This document shows, piece by piece, positions 7,129 through 19,948 of a DNA stretch of 64,000 nt. The notes below the pieces were generated by a model. That model worked only from the letters and a program-made list of their open reading frames with translations. It was not told where the DNA came from and ran no database searches. The DNA comes from an uncultured virus (IMG/VR IMGVR_UViG_3300045240_000158). Lineage: Duplodnaviria > Heunggongvirae > Uroviricota > Caudoviricetes. The stretch lies in the IMG/VR virus record IMGVR_UViG_3300045240_000158; one strand, given 5' to 3'. Within the stretch, counting starts at the first letter, position 1; each line of letters opens with the position of its first letter. Made by a program: the position numbers and the translations under genes.

Positions 7129-7478
7129 GGCTTAGTCTTTCTGCGAGGCTTCGGCGCGTCTCCGTGGAAGCCGGCCGAGAAACCTGACCGCCGCCGCGCC
7201 GGGCGCTTCGGAGTCTCCTCGATCGCGAGACGATCGATCTTGGCGATCGGGAACGTCTGCTTGTGCTCGACCTCCCACACCTCGACGTAGTCCTCTGTGT
7301 CGTCCCCCTGGACGGCGAGGTGCCAGTCGTGCGGGAACAGCGCGCGGGTCTCGCGGATCGCCGCCTGCGCAGCGCTCGCAGGTCCCATTCCCTCGCGCAC
7401 GTGGCGATCAGCAACCTTACGGAGCTGGGTGCCTGCATGATCGATCAGATCTGCGTCAAGTTTACGTGTCGTCGTCAT
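7125..7478 (-). CDS. Hypothetical protein
   Basis: GGAGG RBS, overlaps both neighbours. Confidence 0.7.
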   Translation of the reverse strand: MTTTRKLDADLIDHAGTQLRKVADRHVREGMGPASAAQAAIRETRALFPHDWHLAVQGDDTEDYVEVWEVEHKQTFPIAKIDRLAIEETPKRPARRRSGFSAGFHGDAPKPRRKTKP

Positions 7479-8053
7479 ACGTCCTCCACGAGTATGCGCG
7501 CGATCTCAGCGCGCTCGAGCTGCTTCCACTCGGCCGGATCCTCACCCATAGGATCCTCAGTCGTCCAGACGGGCTCTGCCTCCTGGGCGAAGCCCTGGTC
7601 ACGATCCGCGTCGTAGCCGACCCACAGCGTGACGGGAAGACCGGCCTCCAGCGTCCGCAGCGCCGTCTTGTAGGTGACGGTGTCTGCGGTCTCTCGCGCG
7701 GTGTCGAAGGCTGCTCGCGCGGGGTGGTTGAGCGGGACGCTCTCCAGGATCGCCGCGGCGATCGCGCGTCGGGCCGCGCGACCAAACGATCGTGTCCGAG
7801 TCTTCGTCTTCGAGCGTGGCGCCTTTGCGAGTGCGGTGACGATCTCGCGATCGAGCGCCTTCTCGTGCTGGCGACGTGTGACCTCGACGACCTCGCCGCC
7901 GAGCTCCTTCGCGACGGCGTTGGCTGTCGACCGAGCGTAGATCCATCCGGCGCGAGGGCTGCCTGGCTGCGAGTCCGCCGCAACGTAGATCGAGCCGTCG
8001 GGCAGGCGCACCTGCCAGATCTTTTCCTCGGCAGATGGCGATCGCGTCGTCAT
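7475..8053 (-). CDS. Hypothetical protein with internal KALDREIVTAL tag
   Basis: ATGA overlap at 8050-8053. Confidence 0.7.
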   Translation of the reverse strand: MTTRSPSAEEKIWQVRLPDGSIYVAADSQPGSPRAGWIYARSTANAVAKELGGEVVEVTRRQHEKALDREIVTALAKAPRSKTKTRTRSFGRAARRAIAAAILESVPLNHPARAAFDTARETADTVTYKTALRTLEAGLPVTLWVGYDADRDQGFAQEAEPVWTTEDPMGEDPAEWKQLERAEIARILVEDV

Positions 8054-8517
8054 CCGATCTTGATCTCCGTGAGCTTGCGCCACGCTGTACGAGCGTCGCT
8101 CGGGTCGAACTTGAGGCCGTGCTTCCGATCGTACTCGCGCTCGTAGTTGAAGCGGTATGCGATCAGGACCCGCTTGGGAGTGACTTTCACGACCTGCCCG
8201 CGTCGCCAGCCAGACTTGGCGCTCTTGCTCGGGAACGACACCCACTGTCCGACGACGGGAACGCGCTCGCGACTCGCCGACAGAGGAAGCTGTGCGGTCG
8301 TGTATCCGACGCCTAGCGAGTAGCCGTTGTTCTCGACGTAGCCCTTCCAGTGGATGAGCAGTCGCTCGGCGCTCGACGCTTTGGTGTCGATCTCGTGCGA
8401 TCCTGTTTTGCCGCCCGTCATGACGATCCAGTCGCCCTCGCGCTGGAGTCGTAAGGGTCCGGGCGTGGGCAGGGTCGCGATCAGGTTGTCGGCTTCGGCG
8501 GCGGTCACAGCGACCAA
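8050..8517 (-). CDS. Hypothetical protein (SH3/KOW-like C-terminal half)
   Basis: VGQWVSF..RRGQVVKVTPKRVLI pattern; start uncertain. Confidence 0.6.
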   Translation of the reverse strand: MVAVTAAEADNLIATLPTPGPLRLQREGDWIVMTGGKTGSHEIDTKASSAERLLIHWKGYVENNGYSLGVGYTTAQLPLSASRERVPVVGQWVSFPSKSAKSGWRRGQVVKVTPKRVLIAYRFNYEREYDRKHGLKFDPSDARTAWRKLTEIKIG

Positions 8518-8556
8518 TCTTACCGTGGCGCCAGCGTGAGGACGCGATCTTCACCT

Positions 8557-9555
8557 CTAGAGCGGTCCGAACGCCGGGCTGATCGCGATCACCGCACCCG
8601 TCGACCCTGTCGTGCCGTTGCCGCCCGCGTTGACGCCCGCGCCACCGCCGCCGCCGCTGACATCCACGACTGGCTTCACTGGGTCGTTCGTGATGAGGAA
8701 GATCACACCACCACCACCGCCACCGCCACCACCAGCCTCGGCAGTTCCACTGAAGCCACCGTTCGCAGCACCTCCAGCACCTCCCAGCGCCGTGATCGAG
8801 TCCGCCGGCACCACGAAGTGCTTCGCGCTGATGACGACGACACCGCCACCGCCACCGCCGCCGCCGCCGAAACCGCTGACGTCCGCGCCACCGCTGCCGC
8901 CGCCTGGGCCGCCGCTGACCGCATCACCAACAGCCATCGTACCGATCATGTACGCGCCGACACCGGGCTGTGGAATGCCGACACCGCCTGGGCCGCCTGT
9001 GAAGCCGCCAGGACCGCTACCACCGCTGCCACCGATTCCGACCGACCTCGACGGATAGGATGGGCTATCATCGCCCGCCGTGCCCGCAGCACCTCCTCCA
9101 GCTGCCGCGTCTGCGCCTGAGGCACCGCTGAAGACGTTTGCGCCAGCTCCGCCAGTTCCGCCAGTTCCACCCGAGCTTGAACTCGCATCATTGCCAGGAG
9201 CGCCGTTGTTGGAGATGAAGCTACCTGCGCCGATCGTCAGCGTTCCAGCTACGTAGATGCGGTAGCCGTTCGTGACCAACGTGACACCGGGCGTCAGCGT
9301 CAAATTGTTCGCGAAGATGTCCTGGTTCATCGTGTAGGTACCCGACGACGGAACGAGCCCCAGCACCGTCGCGACACCGTCGAAGACCAGATCTCCGTCA
9401 ACCCCTGTACCGAACCATCCGAGATCGCCGCCGCTACTACCACTTGTGCCAGGCCCCGTTGGTCCCGTTGGGCCGACGCTGCCATCATGACCTCGATGAC
9501 CACGCTCACCACGATCGCCACGAGGACCTTCAGGGCCGAGTTTGATGTCGGACAT
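8557..9555 (-). CDS. Gly-rich fibre protein with short collagen N-terminus
   Basis: GPEGPRGDRGER collagen segment followed by polyglycine tracts. Confidence 0.8.
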   Translation of the reverse strand: MSDIKLGPEGPRGDRGERGHRGHDGSVGPTGPTGPGTSGSSGGDLGWFGTGVDGDLVFDGVATVLGLVPSSGTYTMNQDIFANNLTLTPGVTLVTNGYRIYVAGTLTIGAGSFISNNGAPGNDASSSSGGTGGTGGAGANVFSGASGADAAAGGGAAGTAGDDSPSYPSRSVGIGGSGGSGPGGFTGGPGGVGIPQPGVGAYMIGTMAVGDAVSGGPGGGSGGADVSGFGGGGGGGGGVVVISAKHFVVPADSITALGGAGGAANGGFSGTAEAGGGGGGGGGVIFLITNDPVKPVVDVSGGGGGAGVNAGGNGTTGSTGAVIAISPAFGPL

Positions 9556-9609
9556 GCCTGACTCTACTTGGACTACGCAATCTCCGCCAAAAAACGGCCG
9601 TCCCAGCTC

Positions 9610-11841
9610 TCATGCGATTTCGATGGTCACGACGGCGTTCTTGGGGCTTGTGCCCGGAATGGCGGTCTTGGTGATCGAGATCGAGACCAGGTCGCCAGCC
9701 GCGAAGGTCGTGCTCGCGCCACCGCTGTTACCCTGCGCGCTCGAGAACGCGAAGGTCGCCGCCACACCTGTATTGCCGCCATTCTTGCGCAGTGTGTAGG
9801 AGATATTGCCTGCTCCCACGCCGGGGGTCTGCTTGACGCGAAGGTTCCGGATCTTGCACGCGCGCCATACCCGGAACTGGATCTCTACGGTGGTAGCCGC
9901 AGCCAGGTCCGAGCTGGTCGCCATAAACCTGGCCGCCGTCGCGGTCGTCGTGTCCGCACAGCCGAACTGTACGTCCGTAGTGCCCACGCGGAGCCAGCCT
10001 GTCTTCGTGGCCGGCCCGCCGGTCTCCTTGTAGAAAACGATTGCGGAGTCACCCGCTCCTGCAATGTTGGTCGCGAGCGAACCCGCTGCCGCCGCAAGGA
10101 TAGTCTCGGGACCCGCGGCGGTCTCGCAGAGCCCGATTTGATCGCCTAGGCCCGCGTTGCCACCCGAAGCAAGGTTGGGCAACGACGCGTTGCTGGCGAC
10201 TGTCGAGTTGGTTCCGCCGATAAACAAGTTGTCGATCGAAGAGTAGAGGCCAATATATAGCGCTGCATTGGTCGGTGTGGAGAATAGCGATCCGGCCGTG
10301 ATCGCAAGCGCGTTCCTGCTGTAGTTGCCGACGATATGAACGCTGGCCATGTTCTGGACCGTCGGAGCGACCTTGATAGTTGCGCGCATCGAGGCCGTTT
10401 GGTCCGGGACGATAAGATTGTTGCGCACACGTATCAGATCGACGAGGAATAGGTTGCTCGAGAGCTGCACCGAAGATCCGTTGATCGGATCCGTGTTGCG
10501 ATGCGTGACGAGATTACCGTCGAGGCTGATATTGCTAGGTGACTCAAGGTTGAAGGCGAGCGAGTCGCCATCGGCGTGAATGACGTTGCCGTCGAACATA
10601 CAGTTCGTGGGGTGACCAAAGGCGTCACCCGTGAACGTAACCATGTTGCGGGCGGCGGCGTCTGGAGCTAGCGACACGAACACATTCGCGATGAACGACT
10701 GCTCGATATTGACCCGGTCGACACCACACATGGGGTTAGAACTGGTCGTGTTCGTCGCAACGATGACGTTGCCGATCCACGTGTTCGTCGACGAGTCACC
10801 GCACGAAATACCACCACCGTTGAAGCCGATGTTGTGGGCCCAGGCGATGTCCTGGCACGGCGTTGAGAAGCTTGTGCCCGAGCTCGTGAAGATCTGCGCC
10901 GGGTGCGAGCGCCCGTTGGCCTGGTTGCCAAAGTGACAGTCGCCCTGGTTCACACCGTTGCCGGTTGGCTCGTAGTCGATCGTGTTGTCGCTCGAGCCGT
11001 CCATGTAGTTGTACGCGGACTGCGTTGACACCACGTTGCGCTGGAAGCCGATCGCCGACCTGAACTTGGCCGTTCCGGTCTGGCCGACAGACTGCGCGAG
11101 GAAAATATTGCTGAGGACGAGGACGCCGTACACATTCTCGGCGTTGTTGACGAAGTTGGAGATCAGCCGGATGTGATCGCCCAGTTGGTAGTCGAAGTAG
11201 CAGCCGGTGACGGTCACGTAGTGACCACCAGGCTGTCCCAAGTCTGCGGTCGTTCCAGCGACCTGGATCGTGTGCTGCTGCTGAGCCGGATCGCCGTTGG
11301 TGCTCTGGGACGCGTCGAAGTAGAGGCCCGTGAAGGTGATGTTGAACGCGTTGTTGTAGATGTTGAAGCCGTACCAGTCAGCGGCCTGGCCATCACCTGT
11401 CATGCGGATCTGGCTCTGATAGCCGTCGCCCAGGAACGTGATGTTCTTGTGACCACTCAGGTCGATGGACTGGAGGATGTGAATATCGGCCGATCGATAG
11501 ATCGCGTACTTTCCAGGCGGGAAGTAAACGATGCCCCCACCGGCAGCGTTCGCCGCATCTGCGGCAGCCTGAATCGCCGGCGCATCGTTGGTGACGTTGT
11601 CACCGACAGCGCCGAACGCTCGCACGTTGTAGACGGTCAGGTTCACCAGGTTCTGACGAGACCAGCCCTTGGCGTTTGGGGCAGCCGTCTTCAAAAACAT
11701 GTGCGCCTGCCCGCCCGAGGGCTGGAACAGGACCGACCCCAGCGGGGCGGCCACGCCACCACCTAGGTCTGGGCGAGCTGCTTGCGCAGCCCAGTCGACG
11801 AGCTTGAGACGAAACTTGTCGACCGACAGTTCCTTGGACAT
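9610..11841 (-). CDS. Pectate-lyase-like beta-helix spike/depolymerase
   Basis: YNVRAFGAVGDNVTNDAPAIQAA..GGIVYFPPGKY cap followed by Asn-rich coils. Confidence 0.85.
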   Translation of the reverse strand: MSKELSVDKFRLKLVDWAAQAARPDLGGGVAAPLGSVLFQPSGGQAHMFLKTAAPNAKGWSRQNLVNLTVYNVRAFGAVGDNVTNDAPAIQAAADAANAAGGGIVYFPPGKYAIYRSADIHILQSIDLSGHKNITFLGDGYQSQIRMTGDGQAADWYGFNIYNNAFNITFTGLYFDASQSTNGDPAQQQHTIQVAGTTADLGQPGGHYVTVTGCYFDYQLGDHIRLISNFVNNAENVYGVLVLSNIFLAQSVGQTGTAKFRSAIGFQRNVVSTQSAYNYMDGSSDNTIDYEPTGNGVNQGDCHFGNQANGRSHPAQIFTSSGTSFSTPCQDIAWAHNIGFNGGGISCGDSSTNTWIGNVIVATNTTSSNPMCGVDRVNIEQSFIANVFVSLAPDAAARNMVTFTGDAFGHPTNCMFDGNVIHADGDSLAFNLESPSNISLDGNLVTHRNTDPINGSSVQLSSNLFLVDLIRVRNNLIVPDQTASMRATIKVAPTVQNMASVHIVGNYSRNALAITAGSLFSTPTNAALYIGLYSSIDNLFIGGTNSTVASNASLPNLASGGNAGLGDQIGLCETAAGPETILAAAAGSLATNIAGAGDSAIVFYKETGGPATKTGWLRVGTTDVQFGCADTTTATAARFMATSSDLAAATTVEIQFRVWRACKIRNLRVKQTPGVGAGNISYTLRKNGGNTGVAATFAFSSAQGNSGGASTTFAAGDLVSISITKTAIPGTSPKNAVVTIEIA

Positions 11842-11846
11842 GACGC

Positions 11847-14003
11847 TTACGCGATCTCCAGCGATGCGATCGCGTCTGTCTGACCCGCGGCCACCGCGCC
11901 GTCCTTGGTGATCGAGATCGAGATCAAGTCACCCGAGGCGACGTTCACCGTGTGCACCAGATCCGAGAGGTTCGTCGGAGCGGCAGCATCGTTGAATCCC
12001 GAGCACGTGATCGCTGTGTCGACACCGTTCACGCGCACCGTGAACGTCGTGGTCTGGTGACCGGTACCGGCACCACCGGTCGGGATACGGACGCGGAGGT
12101 TGCGTAGTGTCCCAGGGCGCGTGATCGGCACCTGAAGCTCGGTCGATGTCGGCGTCTGGATGAAGCCAGACCCCATGAAGAGCACCGTGGCGACCGTCCC
12201 CGTCGTACCCGCACCGAAAATCAAGCCCGTGCCGGCGACGCCGAGCCATCCCGTATTGCTCGTACCGGTCTCTTTGTACCAAAAGCTGGCGCCCTGACCG
12301 CCCGCGAGGTTCGCGTAGAGTGAGCCGGGCCGGGCCGTGATCGACGCTTCCGGCGATCCTGTGCCTTGAAAGAACTGCGCGCCGAACGTGCCGCCGTTGA
12401 GCCCGATGATGAGCGGCGTGGTGACGCCGACGTCCTGCACGTCGCCCACCGACGCGTCGAAGAGGTTACCCGCGTACATCGTCTTGCCCGTGAATCCGGC
12501 ACCGCCGACGATTTCGCGGTGCATGCCGAAGTCCATCGCGCTGCCCATGTTTCCCTGCACCAGCACATTGACGACGTTGGCGCCGTTGGAGAGCAGGCGC
12601 ACACCAGCGGCATATGATCCTGCCGATGCCGTGATCTGGTTACCGGCGATCAGCGCGTCATCGAGATCGGTGACCAGCGCCTGGAAGTCGAGCGCGAAGG
12701 CCGAACTGCCTCCAGCATTGGTGCCAACGCAGACGTTAGCGGTGCACGCGCACAGGGTCGTGTCGATGAACGTCAGGAAGCCGTTCCCGACGATCTCGTT
12801 GACGAGCATGTTGCTGCGCATGTTGAAGCGCGTCGGCGAGGCTCCCGCGTCGCGCTCGAGTGAGAAGCACACGCCGCCAGATGTTCCACTCTGACGATCG
12901 ACGAAGTTGCCCTGATAGAGCGAGTCGGTGACCGTCCCGAACGTGCGCCATACCGGCGAGGCGCTGGCGAACACGCCCGAGGTCTGGATGTTGGCGACCA
13001 TCGCAGCCCACTTGAAGTTACCGACCTCGGCGAAGCCTCCCAGGATGATGTTGGTCGAGCAGACCAGGTGAGCGATCAACGCGGTCGCGCCACCCTGCAA
13101 CTGAAGCGCGAACTTCTGCGTCGCGCTGGTGTGGACCAGGTGGTTGTTGAGGATCGAAACGACGCTGATCGCGATGTCGGTACCTGCGACGCCGACGATC
13201 TCGGTCTGGCAATTCGTGATGTAGTTCTCGCAGACCGAGATCTGGTTGCACGCTTCGCTGAAGTGAACGCCGTAGCGCCCGGCTCCGTCGATCTGGTTAG
13301 CGTGTACCTGGACGATGTTGGTCGTCAGGGTTCCATCGCTCTTGCCCTGGATGCGGATCGCATCGCCCGATCCCACGGCCATGCCGCCGAAGTAGCACTC
13401 GATCACCTGGCACACGGACAGGTTGCCGGTACCGTCGCCGATCTGAAGGAGGTGACAATTCACGGTCGGGTTGGTGAGCCCCGAGCCGTCGAGCTTGATC
13501 GCTTGCAGCTTGATGAACGTGCACGCGCCGACGAGCTTGACCAACGTCCAGTCGGCGCCCGCAGCGTTGCCCGACTGCAAGATGATCGATCCGCCGCCCG
13601 AGCCGAGAAGCGTCACGCCCGTGAGCGCGTTGAGCACGAGCGAGTAGCCCAGCACGCCGTTCTGCGAGCACAGGTACGTACCTGCCGGGAAGTAGACGGT
13701 GCCACCTCCAGAGGCAGCGCACGCGTCGATCGCTGCCTGACACGCTGCCCGGTCGTCGGTGATGCCATCGCCGGCTGCGCCAAAATCGCGCACGTTGAAC
13801 CACGCGAGCGACTGGGTCATGGGGACCCAGGCGGTGTTGGGGGCCGACTGCTTGAAGAAGAGCGATCCGGTCCCGCCGTTCTGACGCGAGAACAGCGATG
13901 CGACCTGGGCCGCGACGCCGCCGCCAGCAGACGGATCGACAGTGCCAGCCATCAAGTCGACGATCTTGAGTCGAATCTCGTCGGCAGAAAACTCCTTCGC
14001 CAT
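11847..14003 (-). CDS. Pectate-lyase-like beta-helix spike/depolymerase (paralog)
   Basis: FNVRDFGAAGDGITDDRAACQAAI..GGTVYFPAGTY; N- and C-termini resemble 9610-11841. Confidence 0.85.
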   Translation of the reverse strand: MAKEFSADEIRLKIVDLMAGTVDPSAGGGVAAQVASLFSRQNGGTGSLFFKQSAPNTAWVPMTQSLAWFNVRDFGAAGDGITDDRAACQAAIDACAASGGGTVYFPAGTYLCSQNGVLGYSLVLNALTGVTLLGSGGGSIILQSGNAAGADWTLVKLVGACTFIKLQAIKLDGSGLTNPTVNCHLLQIGDGTGNLSVCQVIECYFGGMAVGSGDAIRIQGKSDGTLTTNIVQVHANQIDGAGRYGVHFSEACNQISVCENYITNCQTEIVGVAGTDIAISVVSILNNHLVHTSATQKFALQLQGGATALIAHLVCSTNIILGGFAEVGNFKWAAMVANIQTSGVFASASPVWRTFGTVTDSLYQGNFVDRQSGTSGGVCFSLERDAGASPTRFNMRSNMLVNEIVGNGFLTFIDTTLCACTANVCVGTNAGGSSAFALDFQALVTDLDDALIAGNQITASAGSYAAGVRLLSNGANVVNVLVQGNMGSAMDFGMHREIVGGAGFTGKTMYAGNLFDASVGDVQDVGVTTPLIIGLNGGTFGAQFFQGTGSPEASITARPGSLYANLAGGQGASFWYKETGTSNTGWLGVAGTGLIFGAGTTGTVATVLFMGSGFIQTPTSTELQVPITRPGTLRNLRVRIPTGGAGTGHQTTTFTVRVNGVDTAITCSGFNDAAAPTNLSDLVHTVNVASGDLISISITKDGAVAAGQTDAIASLEIA

Positions 14004-14006
14004 GAC

Positions 14007-14174
14007 TCAGTACGTTCCTTCCGGGAAGTACACGACGCCTCCACCGGCCGCGACGCACGCGTTGATCGCGGCCTGAATCGCCGCCCGATCATCGGGGGCG
14101 CCTTCGCCAGCAGCACCGAAATCGCGCACGTTGATCCAGATCGGTTTCTGCGGCTCCTTTGTTTCATCCGACAT
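14007..14174 (-). CDS. 55-aa mini-gene encoding only a beta-helix cap motif (possible remnant)
   Basis: MSDETKEPQKPIWINVRDFGAAGEGAPDDRAAIQAAINACVAAGGGVVYFPEGTY-stop. Confidence 0.7.
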   Translation of the reverse strand: MSDETKEPQKPIWINVRDFGAAGEGAPDDRAAIQAAINACVAAGGGVVYFPEGTY

Positions 14175-14176
14175 GA

Positions 14177-15172
14177 TCAAGGCGCCCTATCCGCGACCTC
14201 GAAGACCAGCACATCGCCCAAGGTGAGCGATGCCGTGGTGATCACGTGGATCTGGGTGGTCGTGTAATCAGCCACGGGGATGTCGATACCGACGATCATG
14301 TTCACGCCAGCGCATTGGCCGATCGCGATGTAGTTCGTGCTCGCGCGCGCAGCGGGGAGAGGCACGATGAAGTCGGAACCTTCGGCTCCCGTCGCGGTGT
14401 ACGAGAAACGCTGCGCGTTGCCTGCCGATCCACCTGCTCCGGTCGGTCCGGTGAGGCCATCAGCGCCCGTCGGCCCCGTCACTGTCGATGCAGCGCCTGT
14501 CGGTCCCGTCACTGTCGACGCAGCGCCCGTCGGTCCCGTGCTGCCCGTGGGTCCCGTCACTGTCGAAGCAGAGCCGGTCGCGCCGGTGGATCCCGTGGCG
14601 CCCGTGGGCCCCGTCGCGCCTGTTGAGCTGGCTGTGCCTGCTGGACCCGTGCTGCCCGTCAATCCCGCTGTGCCGGTTGGGCCCGTCGGCCCGGTGACAG
14701 TCGATGCAGATCCTGTCGGGCCGGTGCTGCCAGTGCTGCCAGTTGGACCTGTACTACCCGTTGCACCCGTCAAACTGGCGGTACCAGCTGGCCCTGTGTT
14801 TCCTGTCGGTCCCGTCACTGTCGACGACGCGCCAGTCGGTCCCGTCACCGTCGATGTTGGGCCGGTCGATCCAGTTGGTCCCGTCGGACCTGTGACCGTC
14901 GACGCTACGCCCGTCGGACCCGTGATTGAAGATCCGGTCGGGCCTGTCGCGCCGGTCGGTCCTGTGACCGTCGACGCTGCACCCGTCGGACCCGTGATTG
15001 AAGATCCGGTCGGGCCTGTCGGTCCAGTTCCACCAGTCGCCCCTCCGGGCGTTCCTGATGGACCCGATGGTCCAGTAGCACCTGTCGCTCCTGGACGTCC
15101 GTCTGGACCTCGGTGACCTTCGGGTCCACGGGGGCCCCTAGGACCTTCGGGGCCGATCCTGATGTCGGACAT
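14177..15172 (-). CDS. Collagen-like fibre protein
   Basis: (GPT/GAT/GST)n repeats with AASTVT interruptions; small C-terminal domain. Confidence 0.85.
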   Translation of the reverse strand: MSDIRIGPEGPRGPRGPEGHRGPDGRPGATGATGPSGPSGTPGGATGGTGPTGPTGSSITGPTGAASTVTGPTGATGPTGSSITGPTGVASTVTGPTGPTGSTGPTSTVTGPTGASSTVTGPTGNTGPAGTASLTGATGSTGPTGSTGSTGPTGSASTVTGPTGPTGTAGLTGSTGPAGTASSTGATGPTGATGSTGATGSASTVTGPTGSTGPTGAASTVTGPTGAASTVTGPTGADGLTGPTGAGGSAGNAQRFSYTATGAEGSDFIVPLPAARASTNYIAIGQCAGVNMIVGIDIPVADYTTTQIHVITTASLTLGDVLVFEVADRAP

Positions 15173-15387
15173 GACCCATCTTCCCCCGAGTGCGGGATAC
15201 AGGCGAATTTCATGCAGTCACTAAAGAAACACGAGCAGCTCGCGCTTCGGATCTGAAGTCGAAAACGCGCCCGCAACGCGTGTTGAGCTCAGGCCGCTCC
15301 GCCTCGACGGCTTCAAACGAGCTTTGCCGCGTTTTTGGATGAGTCACGATCCCCGCCAAAAAGTCGCGTTCCCCAAGAGATCGCTAG

Positions 15388-17825
<2,438 letters not shown>

Positions 17826-17834
17826 CAGGAGAGG

Positions 17835-18854
17835 TCATCGATGATGCGCGTGGAGCCACGCGGTGGTGTCGGTGCTCCATAGGGTCTTCCAGCCCGGACT
17901 GTGGAGCGAGCCGGTCATCTTCCAGAAGTCGATGTCGGTGCCGGGCGCGCAGCCGGTCGCAGCGTACTCGGCACTCTCCGCACCCACTGCGCCAGTGGAC
18001 GAGTCGTAGTCCTTGGTCACACCAGTCGCGGTGAACCCGGTGCAGCCGTATGGCGCCGGATCATCCGCCGAGTAGTAGTGCGTCAGGTTGTTGTTGCCGT
18101 TGAGTCGGCACGGCGGTCCGCCTGGACAGCTCGGATCGTTGTCGTCGTAGAACGCCGTGCCGTCAGCAGTACCGTGTGCCTTGCGCAGCCAGATCGGGGT
18201 CCCGCAGTTCATCGGCGGCGATCCCGACGACGTGACCGCGGCGACGATGTCGGTCGGGTCGTAGCAGGCGATCGCTTCGCTCATCCAGTCGCCGTTGGAG
18301 AGCCCGGTGGCGTAGACCTGCGTCGTGTCGATCGTGTCGATCGCCTCTTCTTGGTGGATCAGCCCAACCGCCCAGTCGAGGTCCCGCAGGTGCGTCGGGT
18401 CATGCACGGCGATGTCACAGCCTTCGGGGCCGGCATCGAAGTACTGGCTGTTGCCATTCTTGAGGCCGTCGGGCGCGATGATGATCGCCCACGACGACAG
18501 TCCCGAGAGCCCCATACGCGAGAGCGCTTCGCCGCTGGTGCCGCTGAGCCGGTGGAACGCGATGACGAGAGGCCAGCCGTTCGTCGGCATCATCCCTGTC
18601 GGGATCGATACGCACGCGGGGACATGCACGCCCGTGGGGTCGGTCAGGTATGTCGTGCAGGTCAGGTTGGTGTCAGGGGTCGCACCGTCGATGGGGGCGT
18701 CATCGACCGGGACATCAGCGACGCCGTCGCCGATCGTCGTGTCTCCGATCGTCGTATCGATCGGCGGTAAAGGCGCGTCGTCGAGGCGCGGAGGACTGAC
18801 GCAGCTGGTGAGGATGAGGAATACGAGTGCGGTGATGGGGACACGATGTTTCAT
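17835..18854 (-). CDS. Lipoprotein alpha/beta hydrolase (PHB depolymerase/LpqP-like esterase)
   Basis: Lipobox LTSC, PLVIAFH, YATGLSNG nucleophile elbow, HGTAD, GSLHSP. Confidence 0.8.
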   Translation of the reverse strand: MKHRVPITALVFLILTSCVSPPRLDDAPLPPIDTTIGDTTIGDGVADVPVDDAPIDGATPDTNLTCTTYLTDPTGVHVPACVSIPTGMMPTNGWPLVIAFHRLSGTSGEALSRMGLSGLSSWAIIIAPDGLKNGNSQYFDAGPEGCDIAVHDPTHLRDLDWAVGLIHQEEAIDTIDTTQVYATGLSNGDWMSEAIACYDPTDIVAAVTSSGSPPMNCGTPIWLRKAHGTADGTAFYDDNDPSCPGGPPCRLNGNNNLTHYYSADDPAPYGCTGFTATGVTKDYDSSTGAVGAESAEYAATGCAPGTDIDFWKMTGSLHSPGWKTLWSTDTTAWLHAHHR

Positions 18855-18924
18855 GGCTTACCGTCCTTCGTTTGCGTGACGCGTGCCGACCACGGTAACG
18901 CCGATCCTCGTGAAACCACAACCT

Positions 18925-18940
18925 GGGTAGCGTTTTACCC
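18925..18940. promoter_or_regulatory. GGGTA-N6-TACCC box
   Basis: GGGTA-GCGTTT-TACCC, intergenic upstream of the esterase. Confidence 0.6.
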
Positions 18941-18980
18941 GTGTCTGTGGGTTCATTGGGTAGTGGTGGACCGTGCCGAA

Positions 18981-19517
18981 TCAGACACAGCCAGAAATCG
19001 CAGCGAGGGCAAGGGCGACCCGACGAAGTAGACCCGCGGTCTCGATGCGAGCCCCGCTCCACTTGCTCTCACGGGGCCCAGCGACGAGGATCTTCGTCGG
19101 GACTGGATCGATGCGACCCTCAAGCGGCAGCGGTAGCGATCCGACCATGATCAGGTCGTTCCAAATCCAACGCGCGATCCGCTTGGCGTCGAACGTGGGG
19201 TCGACGATCATCCACCTGAGCTTGCGGCCGACGCAGAGGTCGATCGTCAGGGCTGTGCCGGGCGAGGCGCGCGGGTCGTTGGCATCACGCACGACGATGA
19301 TCGCGGCACTCGCCAACCGCACGTTTGCCTCGGTCCGCGCCGCGTAGCTGGTCTTGTCGTGCGGCGTGAGGAACCGCGCGACATCCACGGGGATCTTGCC
19401 GAGCTCGTCCCGCGCGTCGCGTGGCATGTAGCCGGTCACCGCCCATCCGTTGTCGATCGCGGCTTCGTGCGCCCCTCGGTCCACGCCGGTCTGACCTCCG
19501 TGCAGGAGCGTGATCAT
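18981..19517 (-). CDS. SLOG-superfamily (YpsA/MoCo-carrier-like) protein
   Basis: GGQTGVDRGA, YAARTEANV, GTALT, VAGPRES motifs. Confidence 0.85.
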   Translation of the reverse strand: MITLLHGGQTGVDRGAHEAAIDNGWAVTGYMPRDARDELGKIPVDVARFLTPHDKTSYAARTEANVRLASAAIIVVRDANDPRASPGTALTIDLCVGRKLRWMIVDPTFDAKRIARWIWNDLIMVGSLPLPLEGRIDPVPTKILVAGPRESKWSGARIETAGLLRRVALALAAISGCV

Positions 19518-19948
19518 GGCGAGGTTGGCGCGCGGCAGCCCATAGCTTCGGCTTCCTGCGGGTAACCGATGGCGATCAGAACTTCAGCTCGTGCCCGCGC
19601 GTGCGCGCGCTCGGCTGCCGCGAGCTGGGCCTTGGCTTCTTCGAGGGCGTGCGCGGACACCTTGATGCAGTGCATTGGTGCAGGACCCAGCTCCTTTGCG
19701 CGTAGATCCAGCTCGGCGAGCGCGATCAAGATGTTACGGTGCCTGCCTCCGATCTGGCGCATCGCGTTCGCGATCGCTTCGGCGGTGGTGTTTTTTATAA
19801 GTAGGTCGATCGCTTGCCAGGGAGGGATGAGTAGTCGCATCAGCTCGTCCGCAGGCAGTCGCGGCAGATCGCCGCCGTGCGTGTGTGGCGTGTTCTTGGG
19901 ACACTTCGTCCGGTTGTGACCGCTCTCGCGGCAGAGGCCGCACTTCAC
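19514..19948 (-). CDS. Zinc-knuckle protein
   Basis: CGLCRESGHNRTKC (CX2CX4HX4C). Confidence 0.7.
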   Translation of the reverse strand: MKCGLCRESGHNRTKCPKNTPHTHGGDLPRLPADELMRLLIPPWQAIDLLIKNTTAEAIANAMRQIGGRHRNILIALAELDLRAKELGPAPMHCIKVSAHALEEAKAQLAAAERAHARARAEVLIAIGYPQEAEAMGCRAPTSP

